A DNA stretch of 64,000 nucleotides from an uncultured Planctomycetota bacterium (lineage in GTDB: Bacteria > Planctomycetota > Planctomycetia > Isosphaerales > Isosphaeraceae). The notes under the pieces are model-generated. The model was not told the DNA's origin. It did not search any database and worked only from the letters and a program-made list of their open reading frames with translations. The stretch covers positions 992,001-1,056,000 of the forward strand of contig CAWGMQ010000004.1 in NCBI GenBank assembly GCA_963823665.1. The letters are read 5' to 3'. This document shows positions 22,691 to 32,851 of this stretch, piece after piece. Both the position numbers and the translations under genes were made by a program. Position 1 is the stretch's first letter; each line of letters opens with the position of its first letter.

Positions 22691-23829
22691 ATGACACCGG
22701 AACGGTCGCGCCGGATCGACGAGCTCGTCAACGGCGCACGCCAGCTCGACCCTGCCGCGCAGGAGTCCTGGCTCGAGCGCGCGTGCGGCGGTGACGAGGA
22801 CCTGCGGGCGGAGGTCGGCCGGCTCCTCGCCGGCGGCACGCGGGCGGACCGCGACGGGTTCCTGCGGCCGCCGGAGGAGCCCGCCCAAGGACCCGAGCCC
22901 GGGACGACCGAGCTGCCCGACCCCGAGCGCCCCGCCCTGGTCGATCGCCCCCCCGCCGCCGACGACGCCAATCGAGAACCGGTCTCCGGAGTTCCCGACC
23001 GGCACCGGCACTCTGCCTCATCCTGTATCCGAGGGGCCGGGGGTCACGATCGGCTCGTACAAGCTGCTCCAGCAACTCGGCGAAGGCGGCTTCGGCATCG
23101 TCTACATGGCCGAGCAGGACAAGCCGGTCCATCGTAGGGTCGCTCTCAAGATCATCAAGCCGGGCATGGACAGCACCAGGTCATCGCCCGCTTCGAGGCC
23201 GAGAAGCAAGCCTTGGCCATGATGGACCACCAGAACATTGCCAAGGTCTTTGACGCCGGCACAACCGACTGCGGGCGCCCGTTCTTCGTAATGGAGCTCG
23301 TGCATGGCGTACCCATCACCAAATGGGTCGTTGCTATTACAACCTGGCCCTGGATGCGCAACTTGCACGCCGATGGGACGCCGTGTTGGCCAATGACGAG
23401 AAGGCGATCGAGATCCTGGAGCAACTTGTCGGCAAAGGCTATGGACAGGTCCGTTCCGATCTCCTCGACGGCCGGCTCCTTCGCGCCACCATGCTGGCCG
23501 GACGGGGCGAGCACGAGCGAGCGACCAATGATGCGAACGCCATCGCCACTGAGGAAGGCGTTGGCCAAGTTAACCATTACAACATTGCCTGCGTCTTCGC
23601 CGCATCGTCGGCCGCCGCCCTGAACGACGGCAAACTCGCTCCGGCGGACCGAACCAGGCTGAAAGCGCTATATGCTGACCGCGCCATGGACTTCCTGCGC
23701 CAGGCGGTCGCTGAAGGTCATCAGGACACCGCGTTGCTCAAGGGCGATCCGGACTTAGCCTCGCTGCGCTCGCGCGAGGATTTTCAGAAGCTGGTCCGGG
23801 AGTTGGAACGGAAGAGCACTCGTCAATAA
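22691..23829 (+). pseudogene. Collapsed Ser/Thr kinase-TPR gene
   Basis: [12 protein letters not shown] leader and kinase subdomains I-V ([26 protein letters not shown]) with frameshifts, joined to the C-terminal YNIACV...DPDLASLRSREDF segment; no HRD or DFG. Confidence 0.85.
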
Positions 23830-24052
23830 CGCCGGCATCTTCGTCTCGAGGCCGTTCGTCAATTACGCCGAGGCCGACTACGCGGCGGTGCTGTCCAACC
23901 TGGCGGGCTTCTTCCAAATCACCCAAAGAGTCGCGAGGCGGATGCTCGAGCGAGGGTCGGGCCATATCGTGAACATCACGGCAGCGCTGGCCGAGCACTC
24001 ACAGACGGCCGTGCCCGCGGCGCTCGCGGCGTTAACAAAGGGCGGGCTCCAT
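23822..24052 (+). pseudogene. Internal fragment of a classical SDR
   Basis: VNNAGIF...NLAGFFQITQ...GSGHIVNIT...LTKGGL; both termini missing. Confidence 0.75.
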
Positions 24053-24928
24053 GTGATCGAGATCGTCGATCATCCCAGCCTTCTGCGTCAGGCGCCATCC
24101 CAGCCGCTGCTGCGTGAGCGCGCTCGACGCCGGCATGTCCATCCCGGCAAAGAATCCGAGCCAGCCGAAGTGACCGGCGGCCGCTTCGGGCGACATGGAG
24201 ACAACCGGAATCTTCAAGCCCTGCCCGATCGCCTCCGCGATCTCTCGGGCCGGCACGCCCTCTTCAGCGACCGCGTGATACCTGGCCCGGGCGGTTCCCT
24301 TCTCAAGGGCCAGCCTGTAGACGGGCGCGGCATCGAGCAGATGCACCGCGGGCCAGCGGTTCTGGCCATCGCCGACGTAAGCCGCGACGCCCTTCTCGCG
24401 GGCGATGGCGATCGCGGGCGTGACGAGGCCTTGCTTCTCCGTGTTATGCACCTGCGGCAGTCGAACCACCGACACGCTCACGCCACGCGCGGCGACCTCC
24501 TCTGCCGCGAATTCCGAGGCTGCGCGGGGGTTGGGGTGGTTGGGATCGAAATGGTCCTCGGTCGCGAGGCGGCCGGGCGCCGCGTTCCCCATCCCGGTCC
24601 CGGAGGTGATAACCAGGTGACGGTCGGAGCCTGCGAGCGCGTCACCGAGCGCCTCGATTGCCCGCCTGTCCGCCTCGCAGACCTCCTGGAATCGTGAGAA
24701 GTCGTGGATGAAGCCGGTGTGAATCACCCCGTCCGATGACGCCGCGCCTCTCCGCAGGCTGTCGAGGTTTTCGAGATCGCCTCGGTGCACCTCGGCCCCG
24801 GCGGCGGCGAGCGACGCGGCGCCCGCGTCCGAACGCGCGAGGCCGAGCACCTTGTGGCCCGCGGCGATCAGATCCTGAACGACGGCGGAGCCGACGAAGC
24901 CGGTGGCGCCGGTAACGAAAACACGCAT
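24032..24928 (-). CDS. Extended/atypical SDR (NAD-dependent epimerase/dehydratase family)
   Basis: MRVFVTGATGFVG, DGVIHTGFIHDF and WPAVH motifs; GGGAGG RBS. Confidence 0.9.
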   Translation of the reverse strand: MRVFVTGATGFVGSAVVQDLIAAGHKVLGLARSDAGAASLAAAGAEVHRGDLENLDSLRRGAASSDGVIHTGFIHDFSRFQEVCEADRRAIEALGDALAGSDRHLVITSGTGMGNAAPGRLATEDHFDPNHPNPRAASEFAAEEVAARGVSVSVVRLPQVHNTEKQGLVTPAIAIAREKGVAAYVGDGQNRWPAVHLLDAAPVYRLALEKGTARARYHAVAEEGVPAREIAEAIGQGLKIPVVSMSPEAAAGHFGWLGFFAGMDMPASSALTQQRLGWRLTQKAGMIDDLDHMEPALC

Positions 24929-25048
24929 CAGAAACCTCCCTCAGTTCGACTCGAACTTTCGGTCCCTTGGTCCACAGGGTAGGCTTTTGACCTGAGACGA
25001 TCTATGCTTTAGAGTCCAATCTTTCGTCGCCATCGTCCAGGAGGTCGA

Positions 25049-25975
25049 ATGGACCCTCTCTCAGGCGTGCTGTCGCTCCTGAAACCCCGCAACACGATGT
25101 GCGGCGGCTTCGACGTGGGTGGGGAATGGTCATTTCAGTTCCCCAAGCACGAAGGCATCAAGTGCTATGCGGTGGTCTCCGGCCAATGCTGGCTTTCCGT
25201 GGAGACTGTCCCCGAAGCGGTGCACCTGAAGACGGGGGATTGCTTCCTGCTGCCGCTGGGACGGCCGTTTCGCCTTGCAAGCGACCTCGCTTTGGAGCCA
25301 GTTGACTTCAGGTCGATGCATTCGACCCCGCTCAATGGTCGCGTCGCCTCCTGGAATGGGGGAGGAGACGTTTCCGGAGTGGGCGGTTATTTCGGCCTTG
25401 AGGGCAATCACGCCGGTATCCTGTTGGGGATGCTCCCGCCGATCGTTCACATCAGGAAGGAGGCGGATAAGCTGGCGCTGCGTTGGTCCATCGAGCGGAT
25501 GATGGCAGAGCTGCGTGAACCGCAGCCGGGCAGCTTCCTGGTCCTGGAGCACCTCGCCCACATGATGCTGGTCCAGGCTCTTCGGGCACACCTGGCGGAA
25601 GGGTTGAGCGGGAGCGTTGGATGGCTCTTCGCGCTGGCGGACCAGCAAATGAGCTTGGCAATCCAGTCGATGCACGACGATCCTGCGCATCCCTGGACTT
25701 TGCAGGAGCTGGCTGAGCGTGTCGGGATGTCGCGGTCGGGCATTGCCCAGAAATTCAAGGAGACCGTCGGCGCGACGCCCATTGATTACCTGACGCGCTG
25801 GCGGATGCTTCTGGCCGGGGACCGGCTGAGGAATTCCAGCGACCCCATCTCGGTGATCTCACAATCGCTTGGCTACGAATCCGAAAGCGCCTTCAGCACC
25901 GCCTTCAAGCGTGTCATGGGCTGTTCACCGCGGCGATATAGCCGTGGTCGGGATCTGGTTTCCGCTTCGCATTAG
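25049..25975 (+). CDS. AraC-family regulator (cupin + HTH), divergent from the SDR
   Basis: MDPLSGVL, PWTLQELA..VGMSRS and LGYESESAFSTAFKRVMG motifs. Confidence 0.93.
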   Translation: MDPLSGVLSLLKPRNTMCGGFDVGGEWSFQFPKHEGIKCYAVVSGQCWLSVETVPEAVHLKTGDCFLLPLGRPFRLASDLALEPVDFRSMHSTPLNGRVASWNGGGDVSGVGGYFGLEGNHAGILLGMLPPIVHIRKEADKLALRWSIERMMAELREPQPGSFLVLEHLAHMMLVQALRAHLAEGLSGSVGWLFALADQQMSLAIQSMHDDPAHPWTLQELAERVGMSRSGIAQKFKETVGATPIDYLTRWRMLLAGDRLRNSSDPISVISQSLGYESESAFSTAFKRVMGCSPRRYSRGRDLVSASH

Positions 25976-26556
25976 CGACGGCGCCCGTGCTGTTCAATGG
26001 CCCAGAGGCGGAGGTCTCCGAAGAGTTGTGCGAGGGCGGCGGGCTGGTAGTGAGCGTTGAGTCCGCTGGGGTTGGGGAGGACCCAGGCGTGGCTGCCGCC
26101 GAAGGGGGCATTCTGGAGGCCGACGCGGGCGTCTTTGATGCCGGAGACGATGCGGTAGGGGCCGATGCCGACGAAGGCGACGACGGTGGGGCGCCAGCGT
26201 TTGACCTTGGCTTCCAGTCGCTGGCCGCCGGCGCGAAGTTCGTCGTCGGTGAGCTCATCGGCGCGGACGGTGGCGCGCTGGACGATGTTGGTGATGCCGA
26301 ATTTGAGGTCGAGAAGGAGCGATTCTTCAAAGGGTGAGAAGAGGCGCGGGGTGAAGCCGCCGCCGTGGAGAGCGGGCCAGAAGCGGTTGCCGGGGCGGCC
26401 GAAGTGGCGGCCGATGGCGGCGGTGTAGAGGCCTGGGTTGATGCCGGCGAAGAGGACGATGAGGTTCTTGGCGGCGAGATCCGGGACGCGCTTGTTGCGC
26501 GCGGCGAGGAGCTGTGCTTTGGTGGGTTTCCAGGGAGTGGGCAATGTCCGATTCAT
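25972..26556 (-). CDS. mug: G/U mismatch-specific DNA glycosylase
   Basis: GINPG, HFGRPGNRFW and LPNPSGLNAH motifs. Confidence 0.92.
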   Translation of the reverse strand: MNRTLPTPWKPTKAQLLAARNKRVPDLAAKNLIVLFAGINPGLYTAAIGRHFGRPGNRFWPALHGGGFTPRLFSPFEESLLLDLKFGITNIVQRATVRADELTDDELRAGGQRLEAKVKRWRPTVVAFVGIGPYRIVSGIKDARVGLQNAPFGGSHAWVLPNPSGLNAHYQPAALAQLFGDLRLWAIEQHGRRR

Positions 26557-26657
26557 AGGGTGGAATCCTTGGAGGGTACGTCATTTACGCTCGCACGTCC
26601 AAACCAGTACCATCCTGACTAGCTATCAATAGGTAAGTGATCTGGGCAAAAAAAATG

Positions 26658-27233
26658 TCAGGCAATCAGGGTCTCAAGGATCCATCGGGAGGTGGCCTCG
26701 AACCGCCCGGTATCATGAAAGGCTCTGGCTATCAACAACGCGCCTTCGAGGGACGAGAACAAGGACCGGGCGGCCGAATCCGCGGACCCCTTGAACCGGA
26801 ATTGCCGCCTCTTTCGCCCTTCGTCCAGCAATTTCGCAAGCCACTTCTCGTTGTCTGCGAAGAGCTGCCGGACGGCTTGCCCCACGGCATCCGGCAAGGT
26901 CTCCTGCTCGACCGCGAGCATGGCCCCCAGGCACATCCGGTTGTGACAACCGATCGTGGTGGCCTGAAAGAGCTGGATGAATCGCTCCAGCCGGCGCCGC
27001 GGGTTCTTTTCCGCGGCGTCGAGTCGAGCGAGGTTCCTGGCGAACACGTCCCTTTCATTCTCGATCAAGGCTTCGCCCAGGTCACCCTTTGTGGGGAAAT
27101 GATAGTGGATGCTCGCCGTCTTGATGCCGATCTGCTCGGCCAGATCGCGATAGCTGAAACCGTTGTAGCCCCGTGTCCGCACCAACGTCTCGGCCAGTTC
27201 CAGCAACTCTCTGCGCGTATCGCGATCGCTCAT
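26658..27233 (-). CDS. TetR/AcrR-family regulator
   Basis: RGYNGFSYRDLAEQIGIKTASIHYHFPTK HTH. Confidence 0.92.
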   Translation of the reverse strand: MSDRDTRRELLELAETLVRTRGYNGFSYRDLAEQIGIKTASIHYHFPTKGDLGEALIENERDVFARNLARLDAAEKNPRRRLERFIQLFQATTIGCHNRMCLGAMLAVEQETLPDAVGQAVRQLFADNEKWLAKLLDEGRKRRQFRFKGSADSAARSLFSSLEGALLIARAFHDTGRFEATSRWILETLIA

Positions 27234-27670
27234 CGCTCGGTTCCAATCGAGAAGGGATCGGAGGCACTCAGGACCGCCGGCAGCCAATCCTGAGAACCTC
27301 GTCATCTTTCATTTCTTCGCCCCCATTGACCCAATCCTACCTACTAGATGATAGTTAGTCAATGGGACAGAGCGCCCCATCTCACTCAGTAGGTGGTCGG
27401 CCGACGTCCCAAGTCTTCGATCAGCGAGCGGGGTCAAGCCTTTGACCGCTCGCGTGACGATAGTATGATCGGGCGGGTCTGCGGAGGGTTGCCGCGCTGT
27501 CAGTGGCACGAGGATGGCTTCCCGGGACGGTTGGTCCGGCCTTCTGCGACAGGAGAGCTGATGTGCTGACTCAGCAAAACACAGAATCAGATCTAAGTTA
27601 CGCTTATCTGAATATGATAGCGCCAGATGAGTGTTCTTGTGCACCTATGCGCACCGCTACCTGAACGACG

Positions 27671-27857
27671 CTGGTGGCGCTCGAGTGCGGCTTCGAGAGC
27701 CACGAGGTGTTTATACAAGCGTTCCAGCGATCGTTTGGCATGACGCCCAGCAGCTATCGCCGCCGGGCCGCCGTGGGAGACATACACAACCGATCCTGCA
27801 GATTATCCCGATCCCCAAGATTGGAAGACTGACGTGTTCTGGCCTCTCGCCCGCTAA
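27671..27857 (+). pseudogene. Collapsed AraC-GyrI regulator relic (not in ORF track)
   Basis: Manual translation gives VALECGFESHEVFIQAFQRSFGMTPSSYRRR (second AraC HTH), joined out of frame to PPWETYTTDPADYPDPQDWKTDVFWPLAR* (GyrI-like C-terminus). Confidence 0.75.
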
Positions 27858-27949
27858 TTCCGGCATGTCGCCGTCAGCCGCGGCGACGCCTTCCAGCTAT
27901 TGCGCCCAATGGCTCTGCGCACCGTAATCCGGTAACAGCGGCCGAGGGA

Positions 27950-28260
27950 CTATTTCTTTGGCCCAGACGCGCTTACTACAGGCTGGGCGTTGGGCACGCT
28001 GGGGGCCGTATCTGCCTCACGGACCGAGAGATCGGCGTAGATGATCCGATACGTCTTGGCATCCCGCGGTCGATACCAGAAGACAGGTGTATCGGCTGCG
28101 CCAACCTTGACTCCTTGGCCCGCGTAATGCGCGTCGGCTTCCCGCGACAGTTGTTCGAAGGCAAAGGAGAGGCCACGGACAAACTTGAGCATCCCGTTCA
28201 GTTGTTCCTGCCTCTCTTCTTCGCTAGGACCGTCTTTCATCGGGTGAGACTTTGCCCAAT
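27950..28260 (-). pseudogene. C-terminal fragment of a planctomycete hypothetical protein
   Basis: HYAGQGVKVG...PVFWYRP...YRIIYADLSV resembles the end of longer proteins; no convincing 5' part. Confidence 0.5.
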
Positions 28261-28359
28261 CCTCTTGGAAACTGGTTTTCCCCCCTCGAATTCGACTCGG
28301 CGACTCCGGCCGAGTTCGAATTTCGGCGGGTGGCACGAGACTTTCAAGCAGTAATCGGG

Positions 28360-29090
28360 ATGCTCAAACCCTTGGATATCGCGCCGGATCCGCCCGGTGT
28401 CGCCTCGGTCGAGTTGAAGATTCCAGGATACGAGGTCCTGGGTCGCATTCATGACGGGGCCATGGGCACTGTGTTCAAGGCCCGGCAGATCAGCGTTGAT
28501 CGGATCGTCGCCATCAAGGTCTTGGGGGCGACCTGGGCACGCGATGCGGACCACGTTGAGCGCTTCTGCCGCGAGTCGTTGGTCATCGCACAACTGATCT
28601 TGGTGCCACGTCGTTTCACCTCGTCACGGGACGCGTCCCCTACGGCGGCAAGTCCGTCGCCGAGGCCATGCACCGACACGCGAGCGCGGATCCCTCTGCC
28701 CGCGCCGGAATCGCTCAACTTCGCGCTCACCAGCGGCTTGTGCGCCATCGTGCGGAAGTTGATGGCCTGGAATCGAGAGGACCGCTACCGCAGTCCAGAC
28801 GACCTGATCTTCGACCTCGCGCGGATGCTCCGAGGCGCTGGTCCACTGATCGCCGAGTTCGCGCCGGAAGCGCTCGCTCCGCTCGCCATTGGTGAGGCCG
28901 CGGGCGCGCCGCCGCCCGGTGTGGCCGTGCCTCGGCCGCGCTGCGGAGCCGACGCCCAGTTCCCGACCGGCGACGCCACTGGCGCTCTGCCCGTCTGGGT
29001 TTCGCTTCTCCTGTTCTCGGGCATGACCCTCTCGCTCTTGATGACCGCCGCCGTCCTGATCGTGGTGTCGGTTGATCGGTCCGCCCGCGC
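28360..29090 (+). pseudogene. Collapsed Ser/Thr kinase with TM helix
   Basis: IPGYEVLGRIHDGAMGTVFKARQ...VAIKVL...RFCRE, then KLMA..REDRY (subdomain XI) and a TM helix; catalytic core missing. Confidence 0.7.
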
Positions 29091-30136
29091 TACTGCGACG
29101 CGCGTTTGCGCCGCTCCGCGAGCCAGTCTTTCCCCTGTTCCTTCGTCAACGTCGAGAACTGGGCGTCGATGTCCGGGCGCTTCGGCATGCCGCTCTGTTC
29201 GCACGCGAGCCCCCGGCGCACCATGCCCTCGGTGTCGCCAGCCCAGTTCTCCGAGGCCAGCCCGTTTGCCAGTGCGACGAAATACCAGAGCCGCGCATCA
29301 TTCGGGTAGACCTGGACGAGAGTAAGAAAAACGTCGCGCACCGCTGGGTATTTCCCGTCGCGAAACAGAGCGGCGCCGAGTTCCCTGGTGATGTCAGCCG
29401 GGCTGACCTGACCGGGCGCAGAGCGCGATACCATCGCAGCCTTCAAGGCATTCAACGATGCATCGAGCTGCTTTGGTACGGCGGCGACCTCCGTGCGGAG
29501 GGCGTTCAGACCCTTGTCCAGCGCATCGACGCGTTGGCGGAGTGACTCGAATGTCGCCGGTAGCGGGGAGAGCTTTTGGCTCTCTTTGACGAGGTCGTCG
29601 ATTCTCATCCGCAGCGGCGCGAGGTCGGGCGGCGCGGGCGGCGCGTTGGTCCTTGCGTTCAGACGGTCTTCGAGCCGGGCGAGCTCGCGCCCGAGCGTGC
29701 CGAGCTCCGACTGCACTTCGCCGATGCGCGACGTCAAAGCGTCCATTGCGCTCTTTGAGGCCTTGGCGTCGATTGCACGCACGACTTCGCTCATGGGTGA
29801 ATTCGTTGCGGCCCTGGCGGGGGGTTCCGTGCGTGCGGCGCCCTTCCGCGCGGCGGCCCATCCCGCGAGTCCTCCGCCCAGGAAGAACACGATGTTGCCG
29901 GCGATGACCACGAGGACGACCGGCAACGATGCTCGCCGCTCGATCACGACGCGAGGCGAAGCAGGGGCTCCGGCGAGGCGCGGGGGTAGCGGTGCATCGC
30001 GAGCAGGAAGCGACCGAGCGTGTCTATTGGACGCGGGGGATTCCGGGACGTCGAAGAAGTCGGGCGGTAGTCCGCCCGTCGACGAGAGGGTCTCATCCGT
30101 CTCGAGCGGGTTGCGGTTACTCGGGTTTTCTGCCAT
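29090..30136 (-). CDS. Single-TM coiled-coil protein with C-terminal TPR-like helices
   Basis: TM VVLVVIAGNIVFFLGGGLAGW, heptad-rich middle, YPNDARLWYFVALA. Confidence 0.7.
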   Translation of the reverse strand: MAENPSNRNPLETDETLSSTGGLPPDFFDVPESPASNRHARSLPARDAPLPPRLAGAPASPRVVIERRASLPVVLVVIAGNIVFFLGGGLAGWAAARKGAARTEPPARAATNSPMSEVVRAIDAKASKSAMDALTSRIGEVQSELGTLGRELARLEDRLNARTNAPPAPPDLAPLRMRIDDLVKESQKLSPLPATFESLRQRVDALDKGLNALRTEVAAVPKQLDASLNALKAAMVSRSAPGQVSPADITRELGAALFRDGKYPAVRDVFLTLVQVYPNDARLWYFVALANGLASENWAGDTEGMVRRGLACEQSGMPKRPDIDAQFSTLTKEQGKDWLAERRKRASQ

Positions 30137-30403
30137 TGCTCGTCCGCCTTTCGAGACTTGCCCCGGCATTCGATCGTCGCGAGGAAAACCATTCGCATCG
30201 TCAACCGGCCGCGCAACGCGTTCCTATCGCCCGCCCGCCCAATGGCGACTTGGCTGCAAAAGGCGTTCCGCTGCGCCGGCAATCAAGGCGGCCCGAGCCC
30301 GGCGCTGGACGTGACCGCGGCGGCATCAGGCGCTCCCGGGGTTCAAGCTCACGGCGCCGCCGGGACAGGTGAGCTTGGTCGTTCGCAATTGGGCGAGAAC
30401 ATG

Positions 30404-32317
30404 CTACGGGCCACCAGCCCGGTCGACGGCGCCGCCGGACCGGGCCGGGGCCTTTGCAGGCGGCATCGGCCGGAGCCAACGCAAGGGATTCGCGGCACGC
30501 CCTCTTTCGCCGATCGCATCCGTGACCAGGCGTTCGCAGACGAATCGCGCCTCAGCGAGAGACAAATCGCCCCCGAGGCCGGCGGTGATCACGATGACCG
30601 GGAAGATATTGAGTCGCTCGAGGTAGGCGGGCTCGCTCTCCAGGTGGACCGCCGCGACCTCGCTGAGAGAGATCAAATCACCCATGGCGGTGCGGAGATG
30701 GCTCTGGACGAGCCGCTCGACCTCGCTTCGGCCGGCGGGGTCGATCTTCAAGAGAATGGGCCACTCTCGCCCGACGACCTGGATGTTGCCGGCCTGCACG
30801 GAGCCGAAGACCGCCTGAAGCGATGCGGAGACGTCGGGCAGGGCCAGGCCCAGCCTCGCCACCTTGGCCCGATCGATATCCACGGCGTACGTCGGCACCG
30901 GACGCGGGCCGGCCCACGCGTCGGTCAAGCGGGGGTCTCGCGACATTTGCGCTACGATCGTGTTAGCCAGTTCGCGCAAAGGTTGACGGTCGAACCCGCA
31001 GAGCGCAAATTCGATGGGGTAGCCGGAGCTCCTCGATCGGGCGTCGCCGGACAGGTCGCGCATCCGGATGGAAGCCGACTTCTCCGTGGCGATGCATCGC
31101 GTACGGATCTCACGAAGGATGCGCTCACGGTCCACCGCCGCCCCGTCCACCTGAGCGAGCCCCACGACCAGGCATGGTTGGTTGCGGTCCCGATCGAAGG
31201 GCTGCCCCGAGAGCGCCAGCACGTGGCGAACTCCCGGGATCTCGCGGAGCAATTGGTCGGTGCGGGCAAGAAGCTCGCGAGGGGACTCTTTCGGGCCGGC
31301 GGAGCGCAGGTTCACATCGAGGAGCAGGTGGCCGGGCGTTGCCGGCGCCGTGAATTCGAATTCGTCCGACAACTCGAGTCCTGGCGGCAACAACTCCCGC
31401 AATTCAGGCAATCGGTCCCTCACGGCGGCACTCACGGTGTGCGGGTCCGCCCCCGCCAATGCGTGGACCTCCAGCACGGCGACGGAGTTGCCGTCCAGGC
31501 TCGCGAAGCCAACCAGATCCTCGTTGCTTCGTATGATGGACTTCACGTCGTCGATGCGGATCGCGGTGCCGTTTGGATCGGACTTGATCGCGATCGACCC
31601 GAGCTGATCCATTTTCAGACCGCCCCGAGCGTTCGGCGTGAACTGGAATCCCCCGCGCGGTCCGGACGTCGCCTCGAGTGCCTGCTGTTCGATCGCACGC
31701 TTCACGTCGAGGACGGTCAATTGATAGGCTGCCAGCTTCTGCGGGTCCAGCAGGATTCGGGCGGACATGCCATCGCTACCGTGGAGGGTCACCTCCGCAA
31801 CTCCAGGCACGCGAGCGAGCTGGGGCCTGAAATAGACTGAGGCGAAGTTATTGAGATCCGAGGAGATATCGGCACTTCTGTCGGTCGATGAGACGGTGAG
31901 CAGCATGACCAGGACGGGCGACGCTTTCCTGACGGTGACCCCGAGCCGTCGGACGTCCTCGGGCAGCAGGGGCATCGCGTCGTTCACCCGGTTCTGGACG
32001 AGCATCTGCGCCAGGATCGGATTGGTGCCGCGCCCGAAGGCGATTTCCAGCGAATACGAACCGTCGCGCCCGCATCGCGAGCGCAGTCGCTCGAGGTTTT
32101 CGACGCCATTGATCTTCGCTTCGAGGGTGAACGCGACCCGCTCCTCGACCACCGAAGCCGGCATACCGGGAAACCGCGCCTCGACCGTAAAGGCGGGCAG
32201 CTCCTGGGCGCCAGCGGCCCGCATGGAATTGATCAGGAGCCCGGCGCCCAGCCAGACGAGAAGCCCGGCGCCCAGGCAAATGACGGCGAGAGCTGCACGA
32301 CGCCGCGTGCGGACCAT
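30404..32317 (-). CDS. AcrB/RND-like protein with periplasmic domains only and a single N-terminal TM/signal
   Basis: PN1-like (TVEARFPG...INGVENL...VQNRV...LLPEDV..GVTVRK), PN2/DN-like (LARVPGVAEV, LDPQKL), then directly PC-like (LREIPGV, DIDRAK..LGL); no further TM helices. Confidence 0.75.
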   Translation of the reverse strand: MVRTRRRAALAVICLGAGLLVWLGAGLLINSMRAAGAQELPAFTVEARFPGMPASVVEERVAFTLEAKINGVENLERLRSRCGRDGSYSLEIAFGRGTNPILAQMLVQNRVNDAMPLLPEDVRRLGVTVRKASPVLVMLLTVSSTDRSADISSDLNNFASVYFRPQLARVPGVAEVTLHGSDGMSARILLDPQKLAAYQLTVLDVKRAIEQQALEATSGPRGGFQFTPNARGGLKMDQLGSIAIKSDPNGTAIRIDDVKSIIRSNEDLVGFASLDGNSVAVLEVHALAGADPHTVSAAVRDRLPELRELLPPGLELSDEFEFTAPATPGHLLLDVNLRSAGPKESPRELLARTDQLLREIPGVRHVLALSGQPFDRDRNQPCLVVGLAQVDGAAVDRERILREIRTRCIATEKSASIRMRDLSGDARSRSSGYPIEFALCGFDRQPLRELANTIVAQMSRDPRLTDAWAGPRPVPTYAVDIDRAKVARLGLALPDVSASLQAVFGSVQAGNIQVVGREWPILLKIDPAGRSEVERLVQSHLRTAMGDLISLSEVAAVHLESEPAYLERLNIFPVIVITAGLGGDLSLAEARFVCERLVTDAIGERGRAANPLRWLRPMPPAKAPARSGGAVDRAGGP

Positions 32318-32460
32318 GGTCGATGCCTCGGGGTGACTACCCTCTGTGGGCGCAATTCTCTCTTGCGGACTCCATCCACGACAAGGGGCGACTGGCCGCC
32401 CGCCGCCGGCCCCGGGTGGTGGGTCGCTCACCCGGGTTTTCGCTCGGTCGGCAGGGGAAG

Positions 32461-32588
32461 CAAGACACCCACCCTTTCGTCGGGAATCAAAGATGAAACC
32501 GTGCGGGGAAGAGCGCAGCCGGACACCCATTCTCGCCGTGTGATTCATCCAGGGCTGCCTCAAACTCGCCAGAACGCTGGGTGTCTTG
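32461..32588. mobile_element. ~128-bp MITE/REP-like element with 11-bp terminal inverted repeats, copy 1
   Basis: CAAGACACCCA...TGGGTGTCTTG; a similar copy at 34027. Confidence 0.7.
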
Positions 32589-32595
32589 AATGCCT

Positions 32596-32851
32596 CAGCC
32601 GGCCCGCTGTGAAATGCCGTGGGCGTGAGTATCTGCGGATCATCTATGGTCCCGACTGCACCTCTGAAGAGGATCTCAGTCGCCTGCGTTCTCGTGGGCT
32701 GGGTCGTAAGCGGTCAATCGCCCTGGGTGAGTTTGCGCTCGGAGTGGAGGGGCTGGGACGGTTCTTGCGTGGAGAGCCGCTAAGGAGGGTGCACGAGTGC
32801 GTCTTCGGCGTGCTTGCCCTGGAGAGTGAACCGGTGGACTCGCGGCTATGA
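32596..32851 (+). pseudogene. pnkp: C-terminal remnant of bacterial polynucleotide kinase-phosphatase (Pnkp ligase domain)
   Basis: KCRGREYLRIIYGPD...KRSIALGEFALG...VHECVFGVLALESEPVDSRL* matches the characteristic Pnkp C-terminus. Confidence 0.8.

Noticed and set aside
27588..27610. AT-rich imperfect palindrome as a dif/res site
   Set aside because: Single and short, with no clear XerC/D consensus or nearby recombinase.
28289..28322. Hairpin AATTCGACTCGGC...GCCGAGTTCGAATT as terminator or element end
   Set aside because: It is a single copy between divergent relics; no function can be assigned.
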